Shown one piece after another: positions 31,687 through 41,021 of a stretch of 64,000 nucleotides of DNA. The position numbers were made by a program, and so were the translations under genes. How positions within the stretch are numbered: position 1 is the stretch's first letter; each line of letters starts with the position of its first letter. The notes under the pieces were generated by a model. The model had not been told where the DNA came from, did no database searches, and saw only the letters and a list, made by a program, of their open reading frames with translations. The DNA comes from an uncultured Verrucomicrobiae bacterium (GTDB lineage: Bacteria > Verrucomicrobiota > Verrucomicrobiia > Chthoniobacterales > UBA10450): NCBI GenBank assembly GCA_963834385.1, contig CAWIBO010000002.1, positions 288,001 to 352,000 of the forward strand, written 5' to 3'.

Positions 31687-33135
31687 ATGCTCTTCCGCAG
31701 ACGTCTCTCATACGGCCAGGACGGCAACGTTCTGCTTGGGGCCCTCGGGGTCATCGTGGTGCTCTCAGTCGTGGCCGGGAACGTTCTTCTCAGCAGCACC
31801 ACCCGCTACAACGTCACCTCCAGCCAGTTGCGCAGCTGGAAGGACGCGCTCACGGCGGCCGAGACCGGCGGCGACGTCGCCTACGCGGAGGTGCGCAAGA
31901 CCATTCTCGACCCGACAAACGCCTTTGCCGGGTGGACCACCAGCGGCGGGGTGAAGATCAGCCCCAACCTCACCTTCGGCCGCGACAACCACGTCACCTC
32001 CAGCCGGGTGGACGCCTTCTACACCGACCCAATCACGGGGAACGACTGGTATCGCATTCGGGTCCGCGGCACCACCCCGGTGAAAGGGTTGAAACGCACC
32101 GGGATGGATTCGCGGCTTTCCGAGAACACGAAGGGCGACAGTCTCCTGCGCAAGATCGACTTCAATTACGACCACTTCATCGCCACCTACGGCCCGGCTG
32201 GTGATGGCACCGGCAAGCAGATTGTCCCGGTGGCCTTCCCGCAGATCACCCGGCGGGTGGAGCTGATCGTCGCGCCGGTGACGCCGTTCGAGGCGGCGAT
32301 CAAGGCCAGTGGCAGCTTTTATGGCCTGGGGAGCGCGGCGCAGATCGACAGTTTCAACTCGGCCAACGGTCCTTACCAGTTCGTGGCCAACAATCCTGGG
32401 CACCCGCTCTTTCCCGATTCCCGAAGCGGCCATGTCCAGATCGGCACGGGCGTGGCCACGGTGATGGGATGGATCTATGGCAATCTCGCCACCAATGGCG
32501 GCACCGTCCGTCGCACCGAGTATGTCAGCGGCACCATCGACAACAACGTGCCCTTCACTCTGCCGCCCTACAAAATGCCGTCGATGCCGCTGCCCCAGCC
32601 GAGCCCGACCAACATCACCGGCAACGTCACCATCAATCCTCCCGGCGCGGCCACCGCGGCCAACCCGACCTATTACGTGGTCTCGTCCCTGCGCGGCGAC
32701 CTGACCATCAACGCCTTCGGTTCGAACACGCCGACCCACGTCGCCATCCGCGTGACCGGCGACATCACGGGGAAAGTGCGGGTGAAACCGGAGGTGCGGG
32801 CAAAAATATTCTTTGACGGCAACGTCGATCTCAAGACGCGCGACATTGTGAACGAGAGCGGCATCCCGGCGCGCCTCCAGTTTTACGGCATCAGTCCCAC
32901 CGCGGCCGGGGTGACACAGACGATCAGCCTCACCCCCCCGGGCAACTTCGCCGCTACGTTCTACGCGCCCACGGCCGACTTTTCGATGAACGGAAACCCG
33001 GACATCACCGGAGCCATGGTTTGCCGGTCGTTTTACGGCAATGGCAACACCAGCTGGCATTACGACCGCGCGCTCGACAGCGAAGGTGAGGCGGTCGATT
33101 ACCGCATCATCAGTTACGTCGAGGATACCCGTTAA
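31687..33135 (+). CDS. PilX-like protein with beta-rich C-terminal domain
   Basis: DG|NVLLGALGVIVVL without Glu5; ALTAAETG; C-terminal FYAP..F..NG...HYDRAL. Confidence 0.75.
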   Translation: MLFRRRLSYGQDGNVLLGALGVIVVLSVVAGNVLLSSTTRYNVTSSQLRSWKDALTAAETGGDVAYAEVRKTILDPTNAFAGWTTSGGVKISPNLTFGRDNHVTSSRVDAFYTDPITGNDWYRIRVRGTTPVKGLKRTGMDSRLSENTKGDSLLRKIDFNYDHFIATYGPAGDGTGKQIVPVAFPQITRRVELIVAPVTPFEAAIKASGSFYGLGSAAQIDSFNSANGPYQFVANNPGHPLFPDSRSGHVQIGTGVATVMGWIYGNLATNGGTVRRTEYVSGTIDNNVPFTLPPYKMPSMPLPQPSPTNITGNVTINPPGAATAANPTYYVVSSLRGDLTINAFGSNTPTHVAIRVTGDITGKVRVKPEVRAKIFFDGNVDLKTRDIVNESGIPARLQFYGISPTAAGVTQTISLTPPGNFAATFYAPTADFSMNGNPDITGAMVCRSFYGNGNTSWHYDRALDSEGEAVDYRIISYVEDTR

Positions 33136-33174
33136 TCCGGCGGAGCGCTCATTTTCCGCTGTCAAGAAAATCCG

Positions 33175-33203
33175 TTGACAAGGCGGCTGTCGCTCCGCAG
33201 AGT
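33175..33203 (+). promoter_or_regulatory. Putative sigma70 promoter of rpoZ-smpB
   Basis: TTGACA-N17-CAGAGT. Confidence 0.5.
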
Positions 33204-33330
33204 CACCGTTCCCTTTTCCTCGTCGATGATTGCCCTCGAGCCCACCCCCTCAGCCTTGCTGGCGTCCTCGCCGAACATTCTTCAATTCCCGACGGAAACG
33301 TCCCCCGGCGTGCCCCGTTCCAAGCGTAAT

Positions 33331-33552
33331 ATGACCACCCAACTTCTCCAGGAAGCCGCGCAAGTGATCCCGAACCAGCAACTCCTGATCAACGTCGTCT
33401 CCAAGCGAGTGCGGCAGTTGGGTCTCGGTCATCGTCCCATGGTGGAAGCGACCCCGCGCTCTTCCCTCACCGACATCGCCCTCAAGGAAATCATCGCCGG
33501 CAAGCTCACCTTCGAGAATATCGAGGATGGGGCCGAGGACGCCGCGAAATAA
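33331..33552 (+). CDS. rpoZ: RNA polymerase omega subunit
   Basis: LINVVSKRVRQL, IALKEIIAGKL; next to smpB. Confidence 0.88.
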   Translation: MTTQLLQEAAQVIPNQQLLINVVSKRVRQLGLGHRPMVEATPRSSLTDIALKEIIAGKLTFENIEDGAEDAAK

Positions 33553-33612
33553 TTTCTCTTCGCGCGGCCCCTTTCGGTCGCCCGCGACTCCTGGTTGAGG
33601 CAAGTTGCTGAA

Positions 33613-34077
33613 ATGGCGGCCGAAACCATCCTGAACCGCAAAGCGCTGCGGGATTATCATATCCTCGAGCGGTTCGAGGCCGGCATCGCGCTCAAAGGGA
33701 GCGAAGTAAAATCGGTGCGCGCCGGCAAGGCGAACATCAACGACGCCTTTGCCCGGATCGAGAAAGGGGAGGCCTTCCTCTACAACGCCGACATCCAGCC
33801 CTATGCCCAGGCCAGCCACGATCCGCCGGCGCCCAGGCGCGTGCGCAAACTCCTCCTGCACCGGCAGGAGATCGAAAAGCTTTTCGGCCTGAGCAACATC
33901 TCCGGCCGCACCCTCGTGGTCCTGCGTCTTTATTGGAAGAACGGAAAGCTGAAGACCGAGATCGGGGTGGGGCAGGGCAAGGTGGCGCACGACAAGCGGG
34001 CCGACTTGAAGAAGCGCGCGGTCGACCGGGAAACCGCGCGCGAAGTGGCGCGGTTCAATCGCCGCCACGCCGGTTAA
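33613..34077 (+). CDS. smpB: SsrA-binding protein
   Basis: NRKA, EAGIALKGSEVKS, RKLLLH, HDKR. Confidence 0.96.
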   Translation: MAAETILNRKALRDYHILERFEAGIALKGSEVKSVRAGKANINDAFARIEKGEAFLYNADIQPYAQASHDPPAPRRVRKLLLHRQEIEKLFGLSNISGRTLVVLRLYWKNGKLKTEIGVGQGKVAHDKRADLKKRAVDRETAREVARFNRRHAG

Positions 34078-34082
34078 TCTTT

Positions 34083-34346
34083 TTACCGCAGAGGCGCAGA
34101 GAGCGCAGAGGAGGGCGGGGGGATGGAAGAGGATTTAACCCCGGTAGGGCGAGACTCTGTCGAGCCTGGGAGCAAGCGAGGCCAGGAAGTTTTACCACAG
34201 AGACCGCAGAGGACACAGAGAGGGGCGGGGGATTACAGGATTGAAGAAGGGAAAGGCATTCACACCCATCCTGTAAATCCTGTTAATCCTGTCTAAAAAC
34301 GTCACCAAGCCTTGTTCGTGAGGTCCCTCGCTTCGCTCGGGATGAC
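34083..34346. repeat. Mosaic intergenic repeat cluster
   Basis: CAGAG 9-mers near 34085 and 34194; REP-A 34143-34172; ACAGGATT/AATCCTGT pair 34235-34293; GTCATCCCGAGCGAAGCGAGGGACCTC on minus 34320-34346. Confidence 0.8.
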
Positions 34347-34397
34347 CGGCGCCGTGCCCGCCGCGACGAACTTCGCATTTCATGCGTAATTTCGTTC

Positions 34398-35294
34398 ATG
34401 GCCAGCTTCTTTGATCTTACCGGCAAAGCCGTTCTCATCACGGGTGGGTCGCGCGGCCTTGGACTGATGATTGCACGTGAGATCTGTTCCCGCGGCGGCC
34501 GCGTCGCCCTCGTGGCGCGCGGCGCCGAGGAACTCAACGCGGCCGTGGCCGAGCTGCGCGCCGCCGGCGGCGAGGCCGTCAGCATCGTGGCCGACCTGAC
34601 CGAGCGCGACCAGATCGAGCGGGCCGTGGCGGAAACGACGGAGAAACTCGGAGGACTTGATGTGCTGATCAACAACGCGGGCATGATCGAGGTGGGCCCG
34701 CTCGCGCACATGCAGCGCGCCGACTTCGAGAAATCGATGGCGCTGCATTACTGGGCACCGTTTGACCTGATGAATGCCGTTCTGCCGCGGATGCGGGAGC
34801 GCGGGGGCGGGCGCATTGCCAACGTGGCCTCGATCGGCGGGCTCATGGCGGTGCCGCACCTGGTGCCTTACTGCGCGAGCAAGTTTGCCCTCGTTGGTCT
34901 TTCCACCGGGATGCGCTCCGAGCTGGCCGCCGAGAATATCTTTGTCACCACCGTGACTCCCGGCCTGATGCGGACCGGGTCCCATGTGCACGCGAAGTTC
35001 AAGGGTGATCACAAGGCCGAGTTCGGCTGGTTCTCCTTTGCCGCGCAAGCGCCGTTGATCTCCATCCCGGCCGAGCGCGCCGCGAAGAAGATCGTGGACG
35101 GCCTTTGCCGGGGGCGCGCCCTGGTCATTTTTCCGTTCGTCACCCGCCTGGCGGTGATCGGCAACGCGATCATGCCGAACCTGACCGCCTGGATTAACAA
35201 AATGGTGAACCGTTTTCTCCCCGGCCGGGCGGGATCCGATGGCGACGAAATTCGTTCGGGCCAGGAGGCGGCGTCCGGCCAACGCGACGGCTGA
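34398..35294 (+). CDS. SDR family oxidoreductase
   Basis: TGGSRGLG, NNAG, YCASK. Confidence 0.92.
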   Translation: MASFFDLTGKAVLITGGSRGLGLMIAREICSRGGRVALVARGAEELNAAVAELRAAGGEAVSIVADLTERDQIERAVAETTEKLGGLDVLINNAGMIEVGPLAHMQRADFEKSMALHYWAPFDLMNAVLPRMRERGGGRIANVASIGGLMAVPHLVPYCASKFALVGLSTGMRSELAAENIFVTTVTPGLMRTGSHVHAKFKGDHKAEFGWFSFAAQAPLISIPAERAAKKIVDGLCRGRALVIFPFVTRLAVIGNAIMPNLTAWINKMVNRFLPGRAGSDGDEIRSGQEAASGQRDG

Positions 35295-35321
35295 CCACGC
35301 TTTTGCGCCGCCTTTGCTGCA

Positions 35322-35861
35322 ATGAAACGGCTTTTTCTCGGCCTTCCCGTTCCGGACTATCTCGGGAATGCGCTGGCCGGGCTCGATCCCGGGATCGAAG
35401 GGGTGCGCTGGTTGGAGGCGACGCAGTTCCATCTGACCCTGGCTTTCCTGGGCGCGGTCGGACCGGAAGAACAGGCGCTGCTCGAGGAAAAACTGGGCGC
35501 GGTGGAGGTGGGACGTTTCTTCCTCCCCCTGCGCGGTCTCGGCACGTTCCCGGCGAAGGGCGAGCCCCGCGTGGTCTGGGTGGGAGTCGGCGCGGGCCAC
35601 CCGCATCTTTTCCAGCTGCACAAGCGGGTCAACGAGGCCGTGCTGGCGGCCGGGCTCGAGGCCGACCTGCGTCCGTGGCATCCCCATGTGACCCTGGCGC
35701 GCTGCGACCGCGCGCCGCGGGGCCCCGTGCAGAAATTTGTGCGCGAGCACGCCGACTTCGAGGCCGGCCTGATGAAAGCGGAGAGTTTCGCGCTCTTTTC
35801 CAGCCGACCCGGACCTGCCGGGTCGATCTACACCGTGGAAATGGAATTCGCGCTTCGCTAA
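35322..35861 (+). CDS. thpR: RNA 2',3'-cyclic phosphodiesterase
   Basis: Two HxT motifs (HLTL, HVTL), PRVVW. Confidence 0.92.
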   Translation: MKRLFLGLPVPDYLGNALAGLDPGIEGVRWLEATQFHLTLAFLGAVGPEEQALLEEKLGAVEVGRFFLPLRGLGTFPAKGEPRVVWVGVGAGHPHLFQLHKRVNEAVLAAGLEADLRPWHPHVTLARCDRAPRGPVQKFVREHADFEAGLMKAESFALFSSRPGPAGSIYTVEMEFALR

Positions 35862-37183
35862 GCCGACGTGTCCCGCACCCCCGTCGGCGCGAGGATGGCG
35901 TCGCGCATGCCGTGCAGGAGCTTTTTGTCGGCCGGGCAGATGGTGGCGAGCGCGCCTTGCAGATGGACCTTCCCGTTCTCCACGAAGTAGTAAGGGCAAA
36001 GGCGAACCCGGCCTTTCATCGTGGTGAGGGTGCCGGTCTCGCGTTCCCAAAACGGATGTTCGACCAGTCGGCCCTTGTGAAAACGCTGCATGATCGTGGG
36101 CGACTCGGCGAACGTCGCCAGCGCGTTTTCGATCCGTCCCTCCCATTCCGCATGCGGCAGGTCCTGGCCGAGCGCCACCCCGCGGCTGCCCCAGGCCAGT
36201 GGGGAAAATCCGCTCACTTTCAGGAGCAGTTCCCTGTCCTTCTGGCTGAAACAGGCGGCTTCGCGCCAGTCATGAATCTCCAGCCGGGGGATGACGGCAT
36301 GCTGCGGGAGCGGCGCCGGATCGAGCAGCCAGGTGTAGGGAATGACCTCCTGCAGCTGCCGGAAATATTTGTCGCCCACCTCCCGCCGCCAGAACTCGCG
36401 CAAGGGCTGCAGCCAGAAAAGGGCGAACCACATCTTTTCCTCGAGGAACGGCTTCAGCGGCGGCGTCACCCGCACCGCGCCGTCGCCGGCCGCGCGCAAA
36501 AGCTCGTCCACTCGCGGAATATTCGGCAGGTCGAACAGCTCAAAGAACCGGTAGACCGCGCGGCCCGGTTGCGGCTGGTAGTTCTCCGCCGCCTGCACCG
36601 CCCAGGTGGCGTCGCCCGCCGTTCCCGCCAGCTTGCCCGCGGCCCATTCCATCTCGGGCCGATAAGTTGCCGCTTCCTGCGAAACAAGAATGTCGCCGCC
36701 GCCAGGCAAAACGGAACGAAAGCCCTCGAGCATGCCATGTTCGCCGCCGATCACTTCTTCGCCCAGCCCGGCGTAGGTTTCATTCAACCATGCCGTCAGG
36801 CCGATGCCGCCCGGGACGGAGTCAATCTCCGCAATCACGTAGCCGGTCTCGGTCAGGACAAGGTCCGGGCGAATCACCGCCGGCAGGTCGTCCCGAAACT
36901 CTTTTCGCCGCGAAAACTCGACCAGCTCGGCCGGTTTCCCCGCGTCGAGATATTGCGCGATCCAGGCCGGCTGTTTTCCTTTGGCGCTAAGCTGGTAAAG
37001 CTGGTTGCAGGCGCGCTGAAAGACATAAAGCCGGTGGCCGAGCTGTTCGAGTTCCCGGGCAAACGCGGGGGTCACCGGGAAAGGTTCCGGCGTCACGAGC
37101 CAGTCTTTCTCGGCGAACAACGCTTCCGCCGGGGTGGCCGCCCGGATGGCCTCGAGCCGCTGAGTCTCCGCCACTGCGGTCAT
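35858..37183 (-). CDS. Uncharacterised ATP-grasp-like protein
   Basis: IRPDLVL...IAEIDSVPGG, EEK, LLKVSG...WGSRGV, IMQRF. Confidence 0.6.
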   Translation of the reverse strand: MTAVAETQRLEAIRAATPAEALFAEKDWLVTPEPFPVTPAFARELEQLGHRLYVFQRACNQLYQLSAKGKQPAWIAQYLDAGKPAELVEFSRRKEFRDDLPAVIRPDLVLTETGYVIAEIDSVPGGIGLTAWLNETYAGLGEEVIGGEHGMLEGFRSVLPGGGDILVSQEAATYRPEMEWAAGKLAGTAGDATWAVQAAENYQPQPGRAVYRFFELFDLPNIPRVDELLRAAGDGAVRVTPPLKPFLEEKMWFALFWLQPLREFWRREVGDKYFRQLQEVIPYTWLLDPAPLPQHAVIPRLEIHDWREAACFSQKDRELLLKVSGFSPLAWGSRGVALGQDLPHAEWEGRIENALATFAESPTIMQRFHKGRLVEHPFWERETGTLTTMKGRVRLCPYYFVENGKVHLQGALATICPADKKLLHGMRDAILAPTGVRDTSA

Positions 37184-37791
37184 CGTCCCAGGGCCATCTT
37201 CTTGAGCGCGAGTTTGACCAGTTCCTCCGCGCCCTGTCCCGATTGCTGCTGCTGGAGATCGCGCACCGTTTTGTGCGCTTCCACCTGCTTGTAACCGAGG
37301 GCGATCAACGCCAGCACCGCCTCATTGGCCTGTCCTTCCTCCGGCGTCGGGGCGTGCCCGGCGCTGGCCGCTTCCCAGGCCGCCGCGACGCCCACCTTGT
37401 CCTTCAACTCGAGCACGATGCGCTCCGCGGTTTTTTTGCCCAGCCCGCTGATTTTTGAAAGCGACGCCACATCGGAGTTGACCACCGCGGCCTTGAAATT
37501 GCCAACGCTCATGCCGCTGAGCACGGCCAGGGCCAGCTTGGGACCGATCCCGCTCACATGGTTCACCAGGAGACGGAAAAGGTCGCGCTCCGCCGCGGTC
37601 ATGAATCCAAAAAGAAGGTGGGCGTCCTCCCGCACATGCAGGTGGGTCAGGATGCGGACCGCTTCCCCCGGTGCCGGGAGCTTGTCATAGCTGGAAAGCG
37701 GGATGGCCAGCTCGTAGCCGACGCCGCCGACATCCACGATGGCTTGGGTGGGGAGGGCGGCGGAAAGTTTGCCTTCGAGAAAGGTGATCAT
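37180..37791 (-). CDS. ruvA: Holliday junction branch migration protein RuvA
   Basis: VGGVGYE, VRED, SGIGPKLAL, GKKTAERIVLELK, ALIALGY. Confidence 0.96.
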   Translation of the reverse strand: MITFLEGKLSAALPTQAIVDVGGVGYELAIPLSSYDKLPAPGEAVRILTHLHVREDAHLLFGFMTAAERDLFRLLVNHVSGIGPKLALAVLSGMSVGNFKAAVVNSDVASLSKISGLGKKTAERIVLELKDKVGVAAAWEAASAGHAPTPEEGQANEAVLALIALGYKQVEAHKTVRDLQQQQSGQGAEELVKLALKKMALGR

Positions 37792-37837
37792 CGCCGGTCA
37801 ATCCCTAACAGAGCGCCCGTATTCTGCAAACGAAGGG

Positions 37838-39283
37838 CTACTCCTCCTTGAGCAGGAGGGTGAGATCGACCCGCCGGCCCTTGACCAGGTTGAAACCTTC
37901 CACGCGAAACTGTTTCCAGGCGGCGGGCGGGGCGATCTCCTCGACCATGCGCGTGGGCAGAACGACAAAGCGCGGGCCCGGCTGCGCCATGAACGGGGCA
38001 ACGGTGCCGCGCTTGAGCGGCGTCATCCAGCCGTTGATGTGCCGGCGGAAATACCAGACCAGGCTCGGTTCCTGGTAGCCGACCGCGCCGAACTCCATCT
38101 CCGGCCGCAAATGCGGCCGCGCCGCCTCGAGCAGGGCGATCGATGGAAAAAAAGGCCGCGCCAGGGGCGGTGCCACCAGGGCGAAGAGAAAAAGCGCCGC
38201 CGCCGTGATACCGGCCCAGCGGCGCAAGGAACCCGTCCAGTGTTTCGCCAGCAGCAACGCCAGCAGCGGCAAAGCCGGCAGGGTATAGTGCGGCAGCTTG
38301 GTTGCGACCAGGCTGAAGATCACGAAAATGAGGCCGCTTCCGCAAAGAAGATAGCGATCGAGCGCATCGCGGTTTTGCCGGAGTGACCGAAACAGCGCCG
38401 GCAACCTGAGCGACCAGGGAAAGAAGCTGGCGAAAAGCGTCACGAAAAAGAACGGGAGGGTCAGGAGATAAAGGCCGAACGAGCGGGCGCCATGACCTTC
38501 CATTGAGGCCACGGACCGCTCCACCACATGTCGTCCGATGCCGATGCGGAAGAATTCGCCGTCGGTGCGGAGGAGCGCCGGCCCGGCCCAGGCACCCACC
38601 AAAAGAAGCATGAGGGCCAGCCCGATCGGAAAATGAAAACGACGATGCCGCGGGGTGGCGCCGACCGCTTCCCCCGCGCTGCGGTGCCGGGCAAGGAACC
38701 CGTACAGGGCCACCGCCAGCAGCGGCGTCCAGCCAATCGGCCCCTTGGCAAGGAAAGCGAAGGCGAGTGCGGGATGGAAGAGCCACCAGAAAAATCGTGG
38801 CCGCCCGCCCCGCAGCAATTCGAATCCGGCCCAGTGCGCGAGCGTGACAAAAAAGGTCAGCCACATGTCGGCCACCGCGGCGCGCGCATGTACGAACGTT
38901 TGCAGGCAGAGCGCAAAGATCAGGGCGGCCGCGAAACCGGTTCGCTCCGTCCCGGCGCGCCGGCCCCAGAGCAGGAGAAGCCATGAGGTGCCGGCGGCGG
39001 CAAGGGCGCTCGGCAGGCGGGCGGCGAAATCGGTTTCCCCGAGCAACCGATAGCTCGCGATCTGCGCCCAGTAGGTCAGCGGCGGTTTGTCGAAGCGATA
39101 ACCGTTGTTAAACCAGGGGACGACATAATCGCCCCGCTCCCGCATCTCGCGCGCGGCCTCGGCGAAACGCGGCTCGTCCCGGTCGATCAACGGCAGCGAC
39201 CAGCTCCCGGCCAGGTGAAAAAGAAAACAGCCGAGGAACAGAAGGAGGGAATTGCGGGTTGCAGGTTGCAAAGGCTGATTCAA
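37838..39283 (-). CDS. ArnT/GT83(GT39)-type membrane glycosyltransferase
   Basis: DRDEPRFA, KPPLTYW, ARLPSA, KGP, TKLPHYTLP; start uncertain. Confidence 0.88.
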   Translation of the reverse strand: MNQPLQPATRNSLLLFLGCFLFHLAGSWSLPLIDRDEPRFAEAAREMRERGDYVVPWFNNGYRFDKPPLTYWAQIASYRLLGETDFAARLPSALAAAGTSWLLLLWGRRAGTERTGFAAALIFALCLQTFVHARAAVADMWLTFFVTLAHWAGFELLRGGRPRFFWWLFHPALAFAFLAKGPIGWTPLLAVALYGFLARHRSAGEAVGATPRHRRFHFPIGLALMLLLVGAWAGPALLRTDGEFFRIGIGRHVVERSVASMEGHGARSFGLYLLTLPFFFVTLFASFFPWSLRLPALFRSLRQNRDALDRYLLCGSGLIFVIFSLVATKLPHYTLPALPLLALLLAKHWTGSLRRWAGITAAALFLFALVAPPLARPFFPSIALLEAARPHLRPEMEFGAVGYQEPSLVWYFRRHINGWMTPLKRGTVAPFMAQPGPRFVVLPTRMVEEIAPPAAWKQFRVEGFNLVKGRRVDLTLLLKEE

Positions 39284-39285
39284 GA

Positions 39286-39945
39286 ATGGCGGCTCTGGAA
39301 AAACAAACGGGAATTTTCAACGGGGTCCGCCTGGCTTGGGTGCTGCTCCTGCTTTTCGCGGGGGCCATCCTCTCGCTTGGGGCCGGTTTTTACCTCGATT
39401 CAACGGTCACGCTCTGGATGGTCGAGCACAAGGACCGGGGCCTGCGCCATTTCATGCGCCTGGTGAGCAAAGTGGGGGATTGGCCCGCGCATATCGCCGT
39501 CGCGCTCCTCTTTCTCGCCTGGGCCTGGCACCGGGGAAAACGCACCTGGGTCCGGCTTCTCTTCGCCATGATGCTGGCCTGTGCCGTCGCCGGGATCCTC
39601 AATCGCGCGGTCAAGATCGGGGTCGGCCGGCCCCGGCCTGGCCTCGAGGCCGGGCTCGCCTGGCGGCCCCTGACCATGAACAACGATTTTCAGTCGTTCC
39701 CTTCCGGGCACACCGCGGCCACGGTTGGATTTTTCGGCGTTCTCCTGGTGCGACGACCACGCCTCGGCCTTGCCCTGTGGCCCATCCCGGTCCTGATCGC
39801 GGTCTCGCGGATGTATCTGACCGCGCATTATCTTTCCGATATCTTTGCCGCCAGCGCCATCGGCCTGGTCTCGGCGCTTCTGGTCGTTTGGTGGATGGAG
39901 CGCAAAGGCGAAGGGTTGCGCGGTCCGCCCACGCCTGCCCGGTAG
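39286..39945 (+). CDS. PAP2 family phosphatase
   Basis: KIGVGRPRP, SFPSGH, SRMYLTAHYLSD; start uncertain. Confidence 0.9.
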   Translation: MAALEKQTGIFNGVRLAWVLLLLFAGAILSLGAGFYLDSTVTLWMVEHKDRGLRHFMRLVSKVGDWPAHIAVALLFLAWAWHRGKRTWVRLLFAMMLACAVAGILNRAVKIGVGRPRPGLEAGLAWRPLTMNNDFQSFPSGHTAATVGFFGVLLVRRPRLGLALWPIPVLIAVSRMYLTAHYLSDIFAASAIGLVSALLVVWWMERKGEGLRGPPTPAR

Positions 39946-40915
39946 GGCGAGACTCTGTTTAGCCTGGGAAGTATGCCAGGCTTCGAGAGTTTACCGCAGA
40001 GACCGCAGAGGACACAGAGGAACGCAGAGTTGGGAGGCGGGTTCTAAGCAGGAAACCGCCCGCCCGGTAGGGCGAGACTCTGTCGAGCCTGGGAGAGGAC
40101 AGGATTAACAGGATGGACAGGATTTAGAAGGAAGCGGGCTTCAGTTCGAATCGCGACCTACGTGCCACGGCGCGGCGGCGCGTGCTCCCAGGCTCCGCGG
40201 AGCGTCGCCCCACCGACGAGAGACCGCGTTCCTCCTACGATTCACTATTCACCATCCTCCATTCACGCCCTTCCTTCACCCCCGGTAGGGCGAGACTCTG
40301 TCGAGCCTGGGAGAAGAAGCACGCCGCGGAGGGACCTGCTTCCGCAGGTCCGCGGACGAGCGGAAGCTCGTCCCTCCGGGAAGAGGACAGGATTAACAGG
40401 ATGGACGGGATTTGCAGGAAGCAGGCTTCGGTTCGGATCACGACCCACGTGCCACGGCGCGGCGGCGCGTGCTCCCAGGCTCCGCGGAGCGTCGCCCCAC
40501 CGACGAGACACCGCGTTCCTCCTGCGATTCACTATTCACCATCCTCCATTCACGCCCTTCCTTCACCCCCGGTAGGGCGAGACTCTGTCGAGCCTGGGAG
40601 AAGGAGCACGCCGCGGAGGGACCTGCTTCCGCAGGTCCGCGGACGAGCGGAAGCCCGTTTCTCCGGGAAGAGGACAGGATTAACAGGATGGACAGGATTT
40701 GCAGGAAGCAGGCATTCGGTTCGGATCATGACCCACGTGCCACGGCGCGGCGCCGCGTGCTCCCAGGCTCCGCGGAGCGTCGCCCCACCGACGAGAGACC
40801 GCGTTCCTCGTACGATTCACTATTCACCATTTTCCATTCACGCCCTTCCCACTGCCACGGCGCGGCGGCGCGTGCTCCCAGGCTCCGCGGAGCGTCGCCC
40901 CACCGGAGAGGGACC
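39941..40915. repeat. BIME-like mosaic array with ~287-bp tandem units
   Basis: REP-A at 39941, 40066, 40284, 40571; inverted REP-B at 40185, 40472, 40760, 40875; period 287-288 bp. Confidence 0.92.
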
Positions 40916-41021
40916 GCGCTGTTGACGTCGCACCGCGTTTTGCCCGGCGCGCGACGAAGCCGGTGGGAGGCGGAGAGGCCTTGACGAAGAGCGGGCGGCT
41001 GTCGAAGCATAGGCGCTTCCG

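Noticed and set aside
28263..33135. tRNA-Pro-integrated genomic island
   Set aside because: The cassette lies on the 5' side of the tRNA; no integrase or duplicated tRNA 3' end seen
33136..34397. tmRNA gene near smpB
   Set aside because: No tRNA-like ends or tag reading frame; flanks are explained by rpoZ and repeats
39941..40915. CRISPR array
   Set aside because: Intervening sequences are near-identical rather than unique, the period is ~287 bp, and there are no cas genes
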